Assembly: GCA_951406725.2 (NCBI GenBank)
Contig: OX597819.1
Coordinates: 129,518,001-129,582,000, forward strand
Direction of reading: 5' to 3'
Source: Octopus vulgaris
Lineage: Eukaryota
Length of the DNA: 64,000 bases
In this document: positions 37,115-48,646 of the stretch, piece by piece
Layout of the letters: each line of letters begins with the position of its first letter
Numbering within the stretch: the first letter of the stretch is position 1
Translations under genes and position numbers: made by a program
The notes under the pieces: generated by a model
Database searches by the model: none
What the model saw: the letters and a program-made list of their open reading frames with translations, nothing else
Told to the model about the DNA's origin: nothing

Positions 37115-37323
37115 CCCTTTAGTCTTTAAACCGGCCAAAATAGTTAATCTGTTTTATGTTCAAACTGACCAGATCCAGGCTCTCACACCTACCCTACAAT
37201 GTTATTCTATATTAGGTAATTACACCATCAAGATCTTGAAGATATGAGACAATGCATGATTAATTCAAATCAATGTGAATTAATAAGCATTATGTTTGAT
37301 AGAATAATCGGAACTCTAAGGGG
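37115..37323 (+). mobile_element. piggyBac-type MITE, complete, TTAA TSD
   Basis: TTAA-ccctttag ... ctaagggg-TTAA. Confidence 0.85.
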
Positions 37324-37456
37324 TTAAGCAGCAGAAAATGGGGGCAGGGAATAAACTCTAGAACAAATGATGCATTCAGCCAGTGCCCTGCAGACACGAC
37401 CACAATAGAGTTACTGAGGGAAATGGCCAGCAACACCTGGTGCAGCAGCAACTCCA

Positions 37457-37839
37457 GTGGAGGCGCAATGGCCCAGTGGTTAGGGCAGTGGACTTGCGGT
37501 CGGAGGATCGCGGTTTTGATTCCCAGAATGAGCGTTGTGTGTGTTTATTGAGTGAAAACACCTAAAGCTTGACGAGGCTCCGCCAGGGGGGTGGGTGTCG
37601 ACCCCTGCTGTACTCTTTCACTCCAACTTTCTCTCACTCTTTCTTCCTGTTTCTTATCCCCGACTTCCTACGCAACTGCTGAGCCTGGATGCGCATTCAT
37701 CCATCCGTCAATGCTCTCGGTGTCGGGGGTTGACCTGCTTTCTCTTCTGCGGGTCTTACGAATAGCAAAGGACCACATTTCGGATTTCTCCCACTAATGG
37801 GACGATGACCGCTTCGCTCAACAAACAAACAAACAAACA
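37457..37839 (+). mobile_element. SINE family D, tail type 2 with (CAAA)n end
   Basis: tRNA-like head; 13-bp TSD agcagcaactcca (37444-37456, 37840-37852). Confidence 0.9.
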
Positions 37840-37859
37840 AGCAGCAACTCCACCTTACA

Positions 37860-38960
37860 GGGTTCGTCTCACAGACAGGCTGCAGATATTCAGATTTTTA
37901 GAGGAAATCAAGAATGCAGGGTCTGAGAACAGCTGAGGCCTTGACCAGCATAAACTAACAGCAGCCAGTCAGGTTTCTAAATGCATTTATTTTTCTCTCC
38001 TCTACATTACGGGTGGTGATAGCTGGGTTTGTGGCCAATGCAGCAAAGTTGGGGCTAAAGAACATGTTGCTGCACACGGCATACAAGATTAGGGATCTGC
38101 CTCCCTTGTATGAGTAGCAGGTTCTTCTGTTAGTGCGTTTACTATCTCCACGGCTGAGACTTACTGGCTCCAGTTGATATGAGAAGCCAGCTGTGTGAAG
38201 GACCCTTCAGATTATGTCATTCAGAGTGGGATGTCGGGGATTCTGCCCTGTGTTATGGATGCAGACTGAATTCATCAACTACTGCTCCACCATAGCCGTT
38301 GTGCTGCTCACACATGCAGAGACCAAGGCACTGGGCTACCCTGATACAAGTGCACTCGTCAAGAAGGGTATCTGTAGGTGGGGAGGACACCGTATTAAGC
38401 CACGTGCTGCTGTTTGGTTGCAAAGTGGGACGGAGGCAGGCGAAGCGGTGCTGGTCTAAGGATGTCTCAATCTGTCCAAAGGCAACTTGCATCTGATAGC
38501 TGGCAGAATCGTTAGCACGCCGGGCGAAATGCGTAACCGTATTTCGTCTGCCGTTACGTTCTGAGTTCAAATTCCGCCGAGGTCGACTTTGCCCTTCATC
38601 CTTTCGGGGTCGATAAATTAAGTACCAGTTACGCACTGGGGTCGATATAATCGACTTAATACCTTTGTCTGTCTTTGTTTGTCCCCTCTGCGTTTAGCCC
38701 CTTGTGGGTAGTAAAGAAATAGATAACGTTCCAATTACGTAGAGCGCCTGTATTCAGTGGGACAGCAAAGCTTTCAGTGGTCCAATTTGCTAGGGCTGAC
38801 TCTAGTTCCTGGGCCACATCGGGTTCTATCATCCCGTAGAGTATCTCACCGATGAGGGTGCGGCTGGAGGAGATTGAGGGAAGATAAGCAGCCAGAGCCA
38901 GGTCCAATGTGGAACGGAGGCCAAGGCCGCCACTAACTTAACAGGTAGTTTAGCCCGTTG
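37860..38960 (-). pseudogene. CRE-clade non-LTR retrotransposon relic (RT C-terminus, zinc knuckle, REL endonuclease), split by a family C SINE at 38497-38722
   Basis: GGLGLRSTLDLALAAYLPS (~38930-38875); QPNSSTWLNTVSS..TLLDE..IRVAQCLGLCMCEQH..GAVVDEFSLH resembles SGAWL.ALP..LRLG..C..H.C.CG..VD..G.H of CRE elements. Confidence 0.7.
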
Positions 38961-39399
38961 CCAAAACTGACGTGAAATGTTGAAAATGATTCATGGACCT
39001 TATGATCTGCATCATATATTTTGGCTCCCCTACCAGTCACGCAAATATACGGTAACTAAAACCAAAGGTCGCCTATTTTTTAATATTAGAATGCACAAAA
39101 TGCAGTCGGGCACAAAGTACTCAAATATATTTAATTGCTAGTTTACCAGTATAAGGAGTTCGGCGGCTTAATGAATTAAGAGCGAAAGTAGAGTATTATA
39201 ATGGACATACTTTGATTACTGAATATTTTCTGACTCTAATACTTACAGACGATGTAAAGGAAAATCGGTTGATAAATCGATCTGGTTCGAGCAATCACAG
39301 AGAAGTTTCGGTGATGGGGTGTTTTTGTTTAATGTTGTGTTCCAGGGTTTTCGGTACATCTGTACACAGTACTCTACTAATTACACGAATGAAACGGTC

Positions 39400-39781
39400 A
39401 TTTCATGATTTGTGAGCTTACGAAGCACTCGAAACTCGCCCTAAATTTCGCTCGTGGCCGAATGTAGACAAATAAAGAACGTAAACAAAGCATCATCGTC
39501 ATGAGCTTTCTGTCACTCAATTTTGGCGCCAGTATCCATAGCAACAACCATAGATTCGTATTAAAAAAAATGTGATTTAAAAAAAAAAATTAATTTTCTA
39601 TATTTTCGAGAGAAACGAAAAAATATCTCGAAATAATTTAGAAATATTTAGGATATTATGTAATTTTTATGTTGTGAAATATTCATAAGGCTCAGTCAAT
39701 AAGAATGTATTCGAAAAGTTGGTGAGAATAAATAGAATATGTTCCTCCAATGCTTCTGAACACTTTGTGATGTCTTCGAAG
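39400..39781 (+). promoter_or_regulatory. Putative promoter and non-coding first exon of the pogo-derived gene
   Basis: CpG-enriched; E2F-like tttggcgc (39522-39529) next to RFX X-box-like gtatccatagcaac (39532-39545); donor GAAG|gtaaga at 39781/39782. Confidence 0.5.
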
Positions 39782-40370
39782 GTAAGAATAAACCAAAACC
39801 CACAACTCTTTATTTGTTTGCTCAGACCGACTTCGTGTTAGGACAACAAATCAAGCGAAACTGTTCGAACAGTTCGATATTCCTCTCTGTCTTTCTCTTC
39901 ATTGATATTCGCTTCTCAGTAGACATTCCACCCTGGCCGTCACCGTCGTTGTTGTTCTTGTCCATTCCTCCCCATCAACCCTTCTCAAACAAAGCTAATT
40001 AATCGTATTTACTAATGTACAATGCGAGAAATTTACCATGAGAAAATGTCAGGGTCGAAACTAGGTGGGTAGCATTATACTCGAGTGTTAAAAATATGTA
40101 TAAAGGTGAAATTTGAAAATGGCATTCCTGAGACGTCAAACGAAATACACACGCACTTAATTGCGGCTATGATCCATCCTATGTGTAGCGAATAGATTCC
40201 AGTGGCAGTTATTAATTCAGTTTGCACACTGGTGATGTGTTGTTTCCAATCTGTCAAAAAGTGATGAGTCAATTAAAAAGTTTACTGATCAGAACTTCAA
40301 AGTTATATTACTGACATACGTTGGTAATTCTTTAAAAAATTTCCATTCTACAGCCTCATGATTTAAAAGT

Positions 40371-41699
40371 ATGGATTCGAAAAAGAGACGTATTGCTTAC
40401 AGTGCAGAATTTAAACTCACTGCCATAGAATTTGCTGAAAGGAATACGAACCGTGCAGCCTCCAGAAAATTCGGGGTTGTTGAGAGCAACATTAGGTTAT
40501 GGCGAAAGGAGAAAGCCCAACTGCTGAAAATGCCAAGTTGTAAACAATCTCTGAGAGGAAAACAGGCTCACTATCCCGAACTGGAGAAAGAATTAGCCGA
40601 ATGGGTGGAAAAGAGAAGAAAAGATGGATGTGTTGTAACAACACTGCATATAAAGTTACAAGCAAAGAAAATGTCACAAGATGAGAAATACGGAGTTTGT
40701 CAATCTTTCAAATTTTCAAATGGCTGGTGCCAGAGATTCTTCTCAAGATATTCTTTAGCTTCACGCCAGAAAACAAAAAATTCACAGAAGCTTCCCACTG
40801 ATTTGGATGAGAAAATTGTGCAGTTTTATAGTTTTATAATAAAATTGCGAAAACAGCATGACTTTGATCTGAGTCAAATTGGGAACATGGACGAGGTGTC
40901 TTTGGTTTTTGACATGTCAGGGACCAGAACCCTGGGAAGTAAAAATATCTATGGGAGAACAGCAGAACACGGAAAAAATCATTTTACTGTAGTTATGTGT
41001 TGTCTAGCTGATGGAACCAAACTAAATCCCATGGTTATTTTTAAAAGAAAGACAATTCCAAAAAGTGAAATATTTCCTTCTGGAGTTATTGTTCACTGTC
41101 ACCCTAAAGGCTTGATGGATGGAGAAGGGGTAGATGTATGGCTGAGAAAAGTTTGGAGTAAACGACCTGGAGCACATTTAAACAAACCTGCAATGTTGGT
41201 GTGGGACCAGTTTAGGGCTCACCTTACTGAGCCAGTGAAACGCATATTGAAAGGTATGAAAACATATGAAGCTGTTATCCCAGATGGTTTGTCGAATATT
41301 CTTCAGCCCCTTGATGTTGTTTTGAAGAAACCATTTCAAAATGAATTCAGAAAGCACTGGATGTCCTGGATATCATCCGAAGAAATGGAAAATACGACAG
41401 GTGATAATCTCAAAGAACCTGACCTTGCTACTATTGTTACTTGGGTTAAAATAGCTTGGAATTCTTTACCTGACCATTTGATTTCCAAGAGCTTTCTAAA
41501 AACTGGCATCAGTAATAAACTGGATGGAACGGAAGATTACCTGCTGTGGAATTGCCAGGATGCAACTTTAGGCACCTCTACAAGTTTAGATGAAGAAGAT
41601 GATGAAATAATAGAACAGGACTCTGATGAAAAGTTAAATGAAGAATGTTTGCTGATAGTTGAAGAGTCAGATGAGGAATCACACTTTGATGATTTTTAA
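40371..41699 (+). CDS. pogo-superfamily (Passer/POGK-like) transposase-derived protein, 442 aa: Brinker-type DBD, CENP-B-type HTH, DDE_1 domain (DD35D), acidic tail; probably domesticated
   Basis: Intact ORF; YSAEFKL..NRAASRKFGV..IRLWRK; YPELEKELAEWV..FKFSNGWCQRF; GNMD174E, VWD279QFRAH, LQPLD315; acceptor ttccattctacag| at 40353 with branch-like tactgac at 40309-40315. Confidence 0.92.
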   Translation: MDSKKRRIAYSAEFKLTAIEFAERNTNRAASRKFGVVESNIRLWRKEKAQLLKMPSCKQSLRGKQAHYPELEKELAEWVEKRRKDGCVVTTLHIKLQAKKMSQDEKYGVCQSFKFSNGWCQRFFSRYSLASRQKTKNSQKLPTDLDEKIVQFYSFIIKLRKQHDFDLSQIGNMDEVSLVFDMSGTRTLGSKNIYGRTAEHGKNHFTVVMCCLADGTKLNPMVIFKRKTIPKSEIFPSGVIVHCHPKGLMDGEGVDVWLRKVWSKRPGAHLNKPAMLVWDQFRAHLTEPVKRILKGMKTYEAVIPDGLSNILQPLDVVLKKPFQNEFRKHWMSWISSEEMENTTGDNLKEPDLATIVTWVKIAWNSLPDHLISKSFLKTGISNKLDGTEDYLLWNCQDATLGTSTSLDEEDDEIIEQDSDEKLNEECLLIVEESDEESHFDDF

Positions 41700-42399
41700 T
41701 TGATAAGCTCGTTATATTTCTGATAACCTTTTCTTTAAACTTAAGCTACAACCTTCACTCAGTAGCTTTTAAGCAATTTTTACTGAGCAAAAACAGGAAC
41801 CATGCTAGATCTTATTTTGATTTTTCTGTTTTATGTGTTTTAACATTTGCAGTGAAAATATATTGGTTTCTTAAAAAGTCTAAACAACTATGGTTGTACT
41901 TGAGGTTCACAGAGCAAAAGTATAATACTGATTGTTATCTACACAAAGTTGGGGTTGCATTAAATTCAGGATCACATTTTGTGTAAATACAACAGATGTG
42001 ATCTATTGATCCAGCATTCCAGATATACCAGGCTTTGGTGAATGGAAATCAAGTCACAGGGAAAACAGGCCACAATTTTGGCTTTTTCTTGTGATTCTTC
42101 GAAAGAGAGTCAAAGGGTAGAATATAACTATCATGTAAATAAGACAATAGTTAACATAATTAACTGAATAATAAGTTTATTAACTGGCAATACATGAGTT
42201 GAATGCCTCTGTCATTGTATTAATAGAAAGTTGTACAGTCTAAAATGACATATTTCCTGACTAATTACTAAGATACTATTCAAAGACAAAAACAAAAAAA
42301 AAAGTCCCTTAAAAATACTTGTATACAAGGGATAAAAAAAAGACTGAAGGAAAAAACAAACTCCACATCTTTTGTAGAACTTATCTCAGACATTCTCTG

Positions 42400-42735
42400 T
42401 AGACCAGATGGCAGAAGCATTGCTGTGAAGAACAACCAGCAATATCTAATGCATCAGCTACTCTACCTCACAGGGCTCCTTCTACAAGTGTGACACCCTA
42501 GTCCTGATCTGACAGAAGAAAGCTGCAGTCCGGGGGATGAGGACACTGGAGATCTCAACAGCAAAGGCGTGGAAAGGCGTATTTTTTTTAATGACTGGTA
42601 TTTATTAATCTTCTGCTTCTCTGCATTGCTGGTGGCATCTGTCAAGTTTATTACCATGCTGTCAAGGTTGGCATCGTAGAATATGTCTCAACATGTGGTA
42701 TGCCAGACGAATGACTTGCTTCCTTGAACTGGAAA
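42400..42735 (-). pseudogene. CRE-like non-LTR 3' end (REL endonuclease relic)
   Basis: GSKSFVWHTTC*DIF..AEKQKINKY then frameshifted FHAFAVEISSV..EPCE..HSNASAI resembles WD.TC.D..AE..K..KY..F.P.AVET.G..QRGNA. Confidence 0.65.
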
Positions 42736-43147
42736 AAGCCTTAAATGTATGTGAAAAAAAAAAAACATTTTATTCAATATCGTAAATAAAACAGTGCAAA
42801 AAAAAGAAAAATATTAAATATTTATTGAAGTTTTCCTGGATTTGTTCAGATCTTGTTTGTTATCTTTTAGTTGTAGGTCAGCCGTGATTGAGCAGATCTA
42901 TGATCAAAGGCTTTCCAGGCATGACCATTCCATCTATTTTAGGGGTCCTTATAACTATGATGTCTAATGTGTCTTGTCTTTGATATAAGATGGTAGGGTG
43001 TGATTATTTAAGGAATAAGTTGGGCAGCGATTTCATCCAGGTTGACTGTTGTTGTTTGGCCGGCGCTGTTCAGCTCTAAGAAGTAAACTTCTGATTGAAG
43101 GCATTCCATCCATATTCTTGCCTCTCCAGTCTTTTGTTTTAACAATT

Positions 43148-43497
43148 ATCATCATCGTTTAACGTCCGCTTTCCATGCTAGCATGGGTTGGATGAATGAC
43201 TGAGGGCTGGCGAACCAGACGGCTGCACCAGACTCCAATCTGATCTGGCAGAGTTTCTACAGCTGGATGCCCTTCCTAATGCCAACCACTCCGAGAGTGC
43301 AGTGGGTGTTTTTTACATGCCACCAGCACAGGAGCCAGTCAGGCGGTACTGGCAACGACCTCGCTCGAATCTTTTTACACATGCCACTGGCACAGGTGCC
43401 AGTAAGGTTACACTGGTAACGATCACGCTCGGATGGTGCTCTTAATACCCTACTAGCACGGGGCTCGAGTGCCAGTAGTGCGACGCTGGTAATGATC
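43148..43497 (-). mobile_element. Repeat family A copy
   Basis: Tail, core, modules. Confidence 0.85.
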
Positions 43498-44616
43498 ATC
43501 ATCGTTTTAATGTCCACTTTCCTATGTTTGCATGGATCCTATGGAGTTTATTGAGGCAGATTTCCTTAGACCAGACCCCCTTCCTGTTATCAACCCTCAC
43601 CAGTTTCCAAGTGAAGTAATATTCCCTATGGCTATGTTTTTGCAAAATATTGGAAATGAATATTCATTTACAGTAGTGGTTCTAACCAATTTTTTTTTTT
43701 ACATACGGAGTCCTTTGATTACTATTTTACTTTGGTAGACCCCTGTAGCCATTCACTGTTTATAAACTAGTTTTATTTGTACTTCTTATAAAATTCCTAT
43801 TTTGTTCATCACACATTGACTTGTGTTGGTTGTACTATGAAAATGTTTGAGAAAGAAATCTGGCTGTTTCTTGCAATAAATATACCTAAAGCAAAATTGT
43901 GTTTTTATGGATCCTTAATATACTACTGTGGATTCTCAAATTTAATATTTTGCTTGCCTGGACCTCCAAAAACCTCATTTGAACCCCAGTTGAGAACCAT
44001 TGATTTGTAACAATCACACAATGTTGAGACAAAGAGAGACAAACATATATGCATACATGCACGTGTGTGTGTGTATATATATATACATATATAAATGTAT
44101 GCAAGAGGCTTCTTTCAGTTTTCATCTAGATCCACTCACGAAGCTTTGGTTGACTTGGGGGTAAAGTAAAAGACACTTGTCCAAAGTGCTATGCTATGGA
44201 ACTGAACCCCAGACCATGTGGTTAGGAAGCAAACTCTTTAACCATGCCTGTGTCTTTTGTCTAATTTTTTGTGGGGATGGTAGGGTGTGTATTTAGGAAG
44301 GTTTGACTACTTTTTCTTGTAGGTTGAATGGCTGTGAAGAAGCTCTTATTGGCTCATGTAGTACTTGTTTGGGTTGGTAGAAACAGTCACATGTTGAACT
44401 TAATTACTTTAAATTATTTTGATTTTTTTTTTCTCTATAATATTCTTATACTATTACCAAAATTACAACTTTTCTTTAATTTTATCATTTTAGAGCTTTG
44501 ATTTCTTATAAATATAGAGAAATTGCTTAGCACAGAAGGTATGTATTTTCTGGGAAAGGAATTGCCAGAAAAAACATAACTTTCCTGAAGGTATTCATAG
44601 CATAAATTAAGTGTCC

Positions 44617-45030
44617 TTAGTTAGTTAGTTAATTTTTGGCTCAAAAAGCAAAAAGCAAGGCCATGTAGGGGGACATGGAGTTATGTACAGGGTGGTGCTC
44701 ATGTAAAGAGTTCAGGCCACTTGAGGTCAAGGGAGACTTTGAACCGAGCGGTCGTTGGCATCTTCACCATCTCGTCTGGCAGCTTATTTCACGGATCCGC
44801 AACCCGGACGGAGAAAGCCCCTCTCCTTCGATTGAGATGAAATCGTCGCAGATAGAGCTTTTCAGAATGACCCCGCAGCCGACGCTCTGGAGCAGGAGTG
44901 AAGAACAGCTCTTTCAAGAGGTTACGCTTTCTGCTTATGATGTTGTGAGCAAGAATGAGATCACCACGGCGTTGGCGTTTTTCTAGAGAATAAAGGTCGA
45001 GCGTCTTCAGCCTTTCCTCATAAGACAAAT
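44617..45030 (-). mobile_element. CR1-clade LINE 3' fragment
   Basis: SYEERLKTLDLYSLEKRQRRGDLI..RLRGHSEKL..; (TAAC)n tail. Confidence 0.9.
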
Positions 45031-45546
45031 TCTGTTTGACTTCAGGAATTTAAAGTGCACCTCAATCTTATTCTTTAAAACTAACCTTTTACTCAACAGT
45101 GCTAGGTACAAAGCTAAAAACATTTCACAGAACATGATGTGATATTCATGGTTTTTTTTCCACAACTGTATATTCCAAGTAAATGAATTGAAATATTTTG
45201 TCTGGAGATAAAATCCATGTTTGTGAGAATGGTTTGTTGCGTGCTTATATTTGTTTTTTTTTTTTTGTTCCTTAGTGTTTGTCTGACTTTTGCAATTGAG
45301 ATGATCTATGAATGTCTATTTTTTTTTTGTTCTTTGAATGTTTGTTTTTTCTGTCTGCTCCATAAGTCATTACTAGTGTGATCTATTGGTCAAACATTGT
45401 ACTTCAGACATTATTTGCAATTAATTTTCGTGATGTCACATAATTTATCAAAACTACAAATGTCCAGCTTGGATTTGTCTTTCAAAAGCTCTAAAAGGCT
45501 TTATTCCACTTTAACCAGCTGTCCAAGATAAACATATCTGTATGTT

Positions 45547-46088
45547 GATCATCATCATCATCATCATCGTTTAACGTCTGCTTTCCATGCTAGAATGGGT
45601 TGGACGATTTTGACTTGAGGGCTAGCGAACCAGACGGCCACACCAGGCTCCAATCTTGATCTGGCAGAGTTTCTACAGCTGGATGCCCTTCCTAACACCA
45701 ACCACTTTACAGAGTGTAGTGGGTGCTTTTTATGTGCCACTGGCACGGGGCCAGTCAGGCAGTTCTGGCAATGACCTCGCTCAAATCTTTTTACACATGC
45801 CACCGGCACAGGTGCCAGTAAGGCAACATTGGTAACGCTCACACTCGAATGGTGCCCTTTTACATGCCACCTGCATGGAAGCCAGTTGGCTGCTCTGGCA
45901 ATGATCACGCTCAGATTGGCACCCTACTAGCACAGGCACAAATGCCAGTAAGGCAACGCTGGTAACGATCATACTTGAATGGTGCCCTTTTATGTGCTAC
46001 TGGCATGGAAGCTGGTTAGCTGCTCTGTCAACAATCACACTCGTATGGTGCTCTTTGCACCCCACTAGCACAGATGCCAGTCATCGAA
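45547..46088 (-). mobile_element. Repeat family A, longest modular copy
   Basis: Five or more ttttaYRtgcYac / gatcacRctcg modules after the core. Confidence 0.85.
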
Positions 46089-46224
46089 GTCTCAGCTTGA
46101 TGGGCCGAGAAAAGTCACCAGTAGCAACTCTATTTTAGACTATGCTATAAAATAAGACCAGTTTTGCTCCGAATATACTGTATGAAGAGGTCTTTAGCAA
46201 TTGTTTCTACTATCTTGTGATTTC

Positions 46225-46641
46225 ATATTCTTTTATTCTTTTACTCGTTTCAGTCATTTGACTGTGGCCATGCTGGAGCACCGCCTTTAATCGAGCAACT
46301 CGACCCCAGGACTTATTCTTTTGTAAGCCCAGTACATATTCTATCGGTCTCGTTTGCCGAACCGCTAAGTTACGGGGACATAAACACACCAGCATCGGTT
46401 GTCAAGCAATGCTAGGGGGACAAACACAGACACACAAACATATACACACACACACTTATATATATATACATATATACGACAGGCTTCTTTCAGTTTCCGT
46501 CTACCAAATCCACTCACAAGGCTTTGGTTGGCCCGAGGCTATAGTAGAAGACACATGCCCAAGGTGCCACGCAGTGGGACTGAACCCGGAACCATGTGGT
46601 TGGTAAACAAGCTACTTACCACACAGCCACTCCTGCGCCTA
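46225..46641 (-). mobile_element. SINE family B, full
   Basis: Minus strand begins ggcgcaggagtggctgtgtggtaag; B box gggttcagtccc. Confidence 0.9.
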
Positions 46642-46948
46642 TATGTTAGAATAAATGGAAGAAAGAGAGAGTTCTGAATACTAAAAGGGTAAAAGACCCT
46701 CTTCGGTCATGAATGACCATGGGATTGGACCTAGGAAGTTACCCTCCGAGGCACAAGCCCACGCAGGGTTGTTTATGGAGGACCAGCAGTTGCCCATGCA
46801 TAGCAGCCTCCCCTCTCCACGCCACTAATGTTAACCAAAGGAAAGGCAAAAGGGGTCTTGGTCAAGAATGCAATGCAGAGCCTGGTCTGGGAAGCAAGCT
46901 AAACTTCATGATTGTTAACCCGATGTTCTAACCACTGAACACTAGGAG

Positions 46949-47248
46949 TCATCATCATCATTGTTTAACGTCTGTTTTCCATGCTAGCATGGGTTGGACG
47001 GTTCAACCGGTGTCTGGGAAGCCAGGAGGCTGCACCAGGCTCCAGTCTGATCTGGCAGTGTTTCTACAGCTGGATGTCCTTCCTAACGCCAACCACTCCG
47101 TGAGTGTAGTGTGTGCATTTTACATGCCAGGTGAGGCTGGCAACGGCCACAATCAGTTGGTGCTTTTTATGTGCCACCAGCACAGAAGCCAGGTGAGGCT
47201 GGCATTGGCCACGTTCGGATGGTGCTTTTTACGTGCCACCGGCACAGA
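46949..47248 (-). mobile_element. Repeat family A copy
   Basis: Tail, core, modules. Confidence 0.85.
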
Positions 47249-48127
47249 GTAGAGTGTAAAATTCGTTGATTTATGATCGGCCGTAATGGATATTACTACC
47301 ATAGGTTTCATGCTGACATAAAAATGCCACAGTCAGTTTGGCCTGTGTATGTATAAATGTTTTGTTTTTACTTCCATTTTTTTCTTCACAGAGTTGGTGT
47401 GATAAAATTTCTCGAGCCAGTATTCTACGACTGGATGCTCTTCCTGAAACCAACACTTACTTATTTCTAACTAAGATACTTACACCACAGGTCTTCACCA
47501 GGTTAGGGTGTTAGGCTCACGTTCATAAGACCATTGGTTTGATTCCTGGAATGAGTGGCACATTGTGTATCATTAATCGAGGCACATCATTTCCCATTGC
47601 TTCAGTCTACTCAGCTGAGTGCTGCTGGGGGCAGCTCTGTCTTCCTCCAACTGCTGCATCCTCGATATTTCCTCTATGTCAAGGGTGGGAGTGCTGAGGG
47701 TATCTTTGTCTGCTTGCAACTATATAAGAAGTGAAAACAATCAGCAAAAGCATGGCACAAGCTATCAAATCATTCTTGATTGTGAGGGACAGCTAAGCTT
47801 TTATATATATATATATTACAAAATACAAAGTTATATCTTGAGATTGCTAGTGACAACAACACTCAAAACATATAACAGACTGGAATGGTAGTACTCAAAT
47901 GAGCTATATTCCACTTTTTAATCCGAGGGGAGGCAATGTGAGCAGCAACTAAAGGAACATTACAAAATCCACGGAAAGATCAAACACATATATATATTCA
48001 TATCTACAGAACAGATATAAAGTCCGACGTTTAAAAATATAGTAATATATAATATATAAACATCATATAAAAATATATTAATGTATAAGAATCAATGTTA
48101 AATATATAACACATTGAATTTACGCTT

Positions 48128-48472
48128 CATCATCATCATTGTTCGACCGTGGTCGAGACAATGGAATTTACCATGCTACGCCAGACTTCACGGTCCATCA
48201 TGGCATTACGGAGGTCCTGTTGCTGGATGCCTGTATCCCTGGAGATTATATCAGGGTTGGAGAGTGTGCACCCTCTGGTATTGCCAGTAGATGGCTTCCA
48301 GAGGAGAAGAGTAGAAATTACCTCGTTTTCAGCTCTACAACAATGTCTAGCAAACTGGACTCTTCTATCTTTCACAAGAGATGACACAGGGGGTAATTTC
48401 CCATATATTTGTATTTTGCTTGGATGACGCTTCCACGAGAGATTTTGAGCTCTCATAAGGAGGCGAGTGTAG
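48128..48472 (-). mobile_element. RTE-clade LINE 3' end
   Basis: YTRLLMRAQNLSWKRHP..RRVQFARHC..AMMDREVWRSMV; (tga)n tail. Confidence 0.88.
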
Positions 48473-48646
48473 GTTAAAATCATAAAACAATTGGTAAAAA
48501 TATGTTAAATTAAAAATTTGGGGTAATAAAACATGCAATGACATTAAAATTCCAGAGAAAAATACAGAAAAGATAAATATACAAAATTACAAAAATAGAT
48601 AAATGTTGATGAACATACATATATGTATATATATATATATATATAT

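Noticed and set aside
42400-42730. Downstream plus-strand exon of the pogo-derived gene (acceptor-like ctctgtag)
   Set aside because: No sustained plus-strand ORF; the minus strand explains it as a CRE-like relic
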